Below, piece after piece: positions 59,370 through 64,000 of a stretch of 64,000 bases of DNA. Every line of letters starts with the position of its first letter. Position 1 is the first letter of the stretch. The translations under genes were made by a program, and so were the position numbers. The notes under the pieces were generated by a model. That model saw only the letters and a program-made list of their open reading frames with translations. It was not told the origin of the DNA and did not search any database. The stretch is from Marispirochaeta sp. (lineage in GTDB: Bacteria; Spirochaetota; Spirochaetia; JC444; Marispirochaetaceae): contig CAXXFF010000004.1 of NCBI GenBank assembly GCA_963676835.2, positions 320,001 through 384,000 of the forward strand, given 5' to 3'.

Positions 59370-61697
59370 ATGGATAACTTCCTCGACAGACTGGATAAGG
59401 AAATAGATACTTTCGATCAGCGCTTCTCAGATATCCAGAAAGCACTGAATTCACTTTCCGCCATCCCGGCGGCACCTCCAGTCCGGGAAACAGCTGTTTC
59501 AACTCCGGAAAACAACCTCCCCGGAGAATCCCTTTTCGACAACATAATAGGCAGAACCCTTTACGGAACAATATTCAGCTTCGATTCGGGAACCGCCGAC
59601 GAAACCAGTTTCTCGATTATTGTCGACAACACCAGCGATCCGGTTATCCTGCTCAACCGCCATGGAGAAGTTATCCGCTTCAATCCTCCCTTTGCAGAAC
59701 TTTCCGGCTTCAGCCTGCATGAACTGGAAAGCCGGGATATTCTGAACTGGATTCCCGACACCTACCATCCGGCATTGAAGGCACAGTTCGCCAGGGTACT
59801 TCAGTCCGGAGAAGAACATCTTCTGCCGGAAGACAGCATTGCCGTAGTACGTACCCGCAGTAAACGGGGAGAATACATCTCCCTTGAATGCCTGTTTACC
59901 GTCTATTTTCACAACGGAGAACCGGAAGTTGCGGTTATTCTCCGGGACATTGCCCGCAGTCAGGAAATTGTCTCCCAGCTTTCTGAAAGCAAAGAAGAAT
60001 TTGAAAACCTCTCGGAATCAATAACCGAAGCCCTGCTGCGAATCTCCGAGGATTTTTCCATTATATTTGCCAACTCAGCGGTTCACTCCACCTTCGGCTA
60101 CACCAGGGAAGAACTTCTTTCAATGTCCCTGCGGGACCTGTTTCCCCCGGAGATATTCAGCCGGCACGAAGAGGAGTTCAGAAAATACTTCTATGTAGAT
60201 GATAAAGACCGCCGCGATCTGGGCCTCAAACGAACTCTCGAACTCCTGGGGCGTCACAAGTCGCGGGGGATTCTTCCCATGGAAATGTCCTTCGGCAACT
60301 CCGCTAGTTTTCAGGGACGAACCCTTACCTGTATTATTCGGGACATCAGCCGGCGCAAGGATACGGAGCGGCGCCTGCGCACCCTGGCCTATTACGACCA
60401 GCTTACCGGTCTCGGCAACCGGGATCTCTTTGTCAAAGAGATTAAAGATCTGCTTAAACGCTGCGGGTCTGATGATGACAGGTGCGCCTCCCTCTTTTTT
60501 CTTGATCTGGACGGATTCAAGCAGGTTAACGACACCCTGGGTCATGAGGCAGGAGACGAACTGCTGGTAGCCGTTTCTCACCGCCTGAGGGGTTCACTGC
60601 GCAACAGCGACGCCATCTACCGTTTTGGCGGTGATGAGTTTGTGCTGCTGCTGGCCTCGGTACCGGATGAGCAGGCTACGTCAAGAATTGCATCCAAGCT
60701 GCTCCACAATCTCTCCACCCCCTTTCAGCTGAAGACCCCCAATACGGCAAACAAAGAAGAGAGCACCACAATCCGGGTGGGTGCCAGTATCGGTATAGCC
60801 ATGATTCCCCGGGACGGCAGGGATATAAACAAGCTCACCAAACGGGCCGATCTTGCCATGTATACCGCCAAGGAATCGGGAAAAAACCGTTTTCACTTTT
60901 TTGAAGAAGGTATGGATACAAAGGCCGTAGAAAGGCTCCACCTTGAACAGGGCATACGGGAAGCCCTGGGAAGCGGCGGCTTCCACCTCTGTTTCCAGCC
61001 CATCGTTGACCGTGAAGGGCATATCTACGGCGCGGAGGCACTGGTACGCTGGGACAGCTCTGAATACGGTTCTGTTTCCCCCGAAGTTTTTATTCCCATT
61101 GCGGAAGAGACCGGCATGATCATACCCCTGGGCAACTGGATTATCGATCAGGCCTGCCGCAAGCTGAAAGATCTTCAGGATTCGGGGATTGAAGGGTTCA
61201 CCTTCTCCATCAACCTCTCCATGAATCAGTTTCTCGATAAAAACACCTGCCTGGTTCTTCAGACGGTAATAAACAAGTATCAGCTTAACCCGGAGAACCT
61301 GCTTATAGAACTGACCGAGTCGAATATAATGAAAGACCCGGAGAATACAATCCGGCAGATTCACCAACTGAAGAATGATAACCCGGGTATCCGCTTTGCC
61401 ATAGACGACTTCGGAACCGGCTACTCCTCTCTCAACTACCTGAGCCGGCTGCCCCTGGATATTATCAAGATCGACCGCTCTTTTATTATGGATCTTCACG
61501 AAGAACAGAATCTGAAAGTGGTAAGTGCCGTGATCAACCTGGCGGAAAACCTGGACCTGGGTTACATTGCCGAAGGGGTGGAAACGGAAGAACAGTACAC
61601 AATGCTCCATGAATGGGGCTGCCCCTATATGCAAGGGTATTATCTCCACAGGCCGATGGAGTTCAGTGCTCTGCACACCCTGCTCCACCAAATTTGA
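59370..61697 (+). CDS. PAS-PAS-GGDEF-EAL c-di-GMP enzyme
   Basis: GGDEF; EALVRW; DDFGTGYSS. Confidence 0.93.
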   Translation: MDNFLDRLDKEIDTFDQRFSDIQKALNSLSAIPAAPPVRETAVSTPENNLPGESLFDNIIGRTLYGTIFSFDSGTADETSFSIIVDNTSDPVILLNRHGEVIRFNPPFAELSGFSLHELESRDILNWIPDTYHPALKAQFARVLQSGEEHLLPEDSIAVVRTRSKRGEYISLECLFTVYFHNGEPEVAVILRDIARSQEIVSQLSESKEEFENLSESITEALLRISEDFSIIFANSAVHSTFGYTREELLSMSLRDLFPPEIFSRHEEEFRKYFYVDDKDRRDLGLKRTLELLGRHKSRGILPMEMSFGNSASFQGRTLTCIIRDISRRKDTERRLRTLAYYDQLTGLGNRDLFVKEIKDLLKRCGSDDDRCASLFFLDLDGFKQVNDTLGHEAGDELLVAVSHRLRGSLRNSDAIYRFGGDEFVLLLASVPDEQATSRIASKLLHNLSTPFQLKTPNTANKEESTTIRVGASIGIAMIPRDGRDINKLTKRADLAMYTAKESGKNRFHFFEEGMDTKAVERLHLEQGIREALGSGGFHLCFQPIVDREGHIYGAEALVRWDSSEYGSVSPEVFIPIAEETGMIIPLGNWIIDQACRKLKDLQDSGIEGFTFSINLSMNQFLDKNTCLVLQTVINKYQLNPENLLIELTESNIMKDPENTIRQIHQLKNDNPGIRFAIDDFGTGYSSLNYLSRLPLDIIKIDRSFIMDLHEEQNLKVVSAVINLAENLDLGYIAEGVETEEQYTMLHEWGCPYMQGYYLHRPMEFSALHTLLHQI

Positions 61698-61739
61698 CAA
61701 CAATCTTCCGGAATACCTATAATTTTATCCAGGAATTAT

Positions 61740-62891
61740 ATGGAGATTTCAATAAAACCGATTGATAAGAGTACATATGACAAGACTGAGCGCAGGACAT
61801 CCGAAGAGATCCTGCGGCAGGCACGTATGATCTCTCAGATATCGATTCTTGACATAATGTCTCAGCACAGCACAGATTTTGTCGGCGTCCTGAACAGTAC
61901 CCGCCAGTTTATCTATCTCAACAAAAAATCATTGCCCGAGGATGCTCAGCCGGCGCTGCTTCTGGGTATGCGGCCTGGGGAAATGCTGGGCTGTGTACAC
62001 AGCCATGAATCGGCCTACGGCTGCGGATTATCCGGAGCCTGTTCTTATTGCGATGCGGTTCAGACAGTGATGCAGACCCTTACCACCGGAGAAAGCGCGG
62101 AAAGGGAAGGGCGTATTCTGGTGGAACATGATGGCAGGACTGACTCTCTGGACGTCCTTATTCATACTTCACCCTTTGTCCTGGAGGGGGAACTCTTCGT
62201 AATCCTGCACCTGAAGGATATTTCCGTAGAAAAGCGCATGGATATTATGGAACGGATTTTCTATCACGATATCTACAACTCCATCGCATCCCTGAACAGC
62301 ATAATAAATCTCTCCGAAATTACCTCCGACGAGATACCCGATGTTGAGCAGTACCTCCTGTCAGGAGTCAACGATATTATTGAGCAGATTGAATACCAGA
62401 GACTGATAAAAACCATCGAACAGGGAAAATCTGTTGATGAACCGCCGCTGACGGAAATAAAGGAAATGCTCGAAAATTTCCTGCCCCTGATAAACCACTC
62501 TGCCTTTCTGGAGGGAAGAAAGTTCAGTCAGGAGATCTCTCCCGATCCGGTCTTTGTTAAGGCGAAACCGGTAATTCTCCGGCGGATTCTCATGAATCTG
62601 CTGAAAAATGCAAAAGAGGCCTCCGATCCCGGGGATACATTGAGCATTGCAATAGACTCAACTGGAGAGAACTGTACTATCCAGGTACGCAATCCTCAGT
62701 ACATTAGCCCCGAAGTTCAGGCCGGAATATTTCAACACTCCTTCAGCACCAAGGGAATCGGCAGGGGCTACGGAACCTACAGCATGAAAATCCTGAGCCA
62801 GCGCTATCTGGGTGGCGATATAGATTTCACCACCACCCCCGAAGAGGGGACCTGCTTTACTTTACAGATTCCCCTTTTCAGGGATCAGTAA
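61740..62891 (+). CDS. Cytoplasmic sensor histidine kinase
   Basis: Cys-rich PAS-like region, FYHDIYN, NLLKNAKEA, FSTKG.GRG.G. Confidence 0.88.
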   Translation: MEISIKPIDKSTYDKTERRTSEEILRQARMISQISILDIMSQHSTDFVGVLNSTRQFIYLNKKSLPEDAQPALLLGMRPGEMLGCVHSHESAYGCGLSGACSYCDAVQTVMQTLTTGESAEREGRILVEHDGRTDSLDVLIHTSPFVLEGELFVILHLKDISVEKRMDIMERIFYHDIYNSIASLNSIINLSEITSDEIPDVEQYLLSGVNDIIEQIEYQRLIKTIEQGKSVDEPPLTEIKEMLENFLPLINHSAFLEGRKFSQEISPDPVFVKAKPVILRRILMNLLKNAKEASDPGDTLSIAIDSTGENCTIQVRNPQYISPEVQAGIFQHSFSTKGIGRGYGTYSMKILSQRYLGGDIDFTTTPEEGTCFTLQIPLFRDQ

Positions 62892-64000
62892 CACCTGCGC
62901 CGGAACTGACCGCCGGCGGCCGCTTTGAGAGTAGGGAAAGAATAAAAATCACAACCCCCGCCGCCACACTTATCCAGCAGGCAGTGCTGTAACTGCCGCC
63001 ATAGCGCAGGGAGAGGCTGAACAGATAGGGCCCAAGGGCGGAACCGGCAACAACCAGCCCCATGGCAAAGCCGGAAATAGCACCAAGATGCTTTATACCG
63101 AAATGTTTCGGCCAGACAACGGTGCTGATAAGGTTCATGAGACCACCGCTTATGCCGTGTCCGGTAATAACCAGAATATACATAAGCCCGGGCTGCAGAA
63201 ACGAGAGAGCCACTGCCTCAAGAAGAATTCCCCCGATTAAAAGCAGCAGAAACACCTTAAGGGGCATGCGGTCACTGAGCCAGCTTGCGGAGACATTCAC
63301 AAAGAGAGATATAACCGCCGCAGGAAGAAAAACCCCGACGCCGGCCTCTTCGCTCATGCCGGCCTCTGCAAAAATTGAGACAACATGAAAGCTCATAGCA
63401 GTTATGAACAGGCCGAAGAGCATAAGACTTAAGGCATATACCCAGAAATCGAGCTGAGCCTTTGCCTCTTCCAGGGTATAACCCTCCAACGCTTCCTCGC
63501 CTTTTTTTGCTTCTTCTGTTCCTGCTGCTCCTTCAACTCCGGCAGTGCCGCAGGTTTTCAAATCCGGGACCATTCCGCAGATGTAGGGGTTATCCCGGGC
63601 AAGCAGCCAGAACAGGGGTGCAGAAAGAACAATCAGAAAAAGCCCGATGAAAAGCCAGGCACCCCGCCAGCCGACCGCCTGAATAATGCTGTGGAAAAGC
63701 CTGGGAGCATAGGAAAAACCGAAGCTTACGGTAATTCCGATGAAAACATTGGCAAATCCCCGTTTGCGGCTGAACCACTTCATGGCCATATTTCTGCTGG
63801 TAAGGGTGAGAATCCCCTGCCCCATAAGGCGCATGAGGAAAAATCCTATACTTACCAGTACAAAACTGAATATCCAGGCCCGGATAAAAGGAAAAAGCCC
63901 TCCCAGAGCCCCTGCAGCCTTGTCCAGCATGGACATTCCAAGCAGCGTAAGTCCCAGAAACGCCGTAACAGCTGCACCGGTATACCTTGCACCTGTACGA
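62878..64000 (-). CDS. MFS transporter (5' end outside the window)
   Basis: Multiple TM helices; WLSDR motif; frame appears to continue to the window edge. Confidence 0.8.
   Translation of the reverse strand, partial: RTGARYTGAAVTAFLGLTLLGMSMLDKAAGALGGLFPFIRAWIFSFVLVSIGFFLMRLMGQGILTLTSRNMAMKWFSRKRGFANVFIGITVSFGFSYAPRLFHSIIQAVGWRGAWLFIGLFLIVLSAPLFWLLARDNPYICGMVPDLKTCGTAGVEGAAGTEEAKKGEEALEGYTLEEAKAQLDFWVYALSLMLFGLFITAMSFHVVSIFAEAGMSEEAGVGVFLPAAVISLFVNVSASWLSDRMPLKVFLLLLIGGILLEAVALSFLQPGLMYILVITGHGISGGLMNLISTVVWPKHFGIKHLGAISGFAMGLVVAGSALGPYLFSLSLRYGGSYSTACWISVAAGVVIFILSLLSKRPPAVSSGAGVTDP

Overview
Bacterial chromosomal window, probably from a free-living spirochaete (inferred from the lipoprotein/LysM gene set and gene style; not provable here). 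GC-richer housekeeping, signalling and transport genes occupy about 1-15.2 kb and 34.6-64 kb (RND pumps, GGDEF/EAL proteins, rubrerythrin, ppk2, nadA, speA, class II photolyase). They flank an AT-rich island (about 15.2-34.5 kb) that is an integron gene-cassette array with no integrase gene in the window. A candidate attI (G|TT at 15528/15529) is followed by 7 cassettes, each closed by an intact attC. Five of the attC sites are unusually long (171-181 bp) and carry a sigma70-like promoter motif in their loop. Two cassettes are near-identical 325-bp ORF-less elements interleaved with gene cassettes. Downstream the array decays into attC remnants, an IS91-like fragment, an inserted MarR-LLM module and a run of cassette-type genes and toxin-antitoxin pairs.
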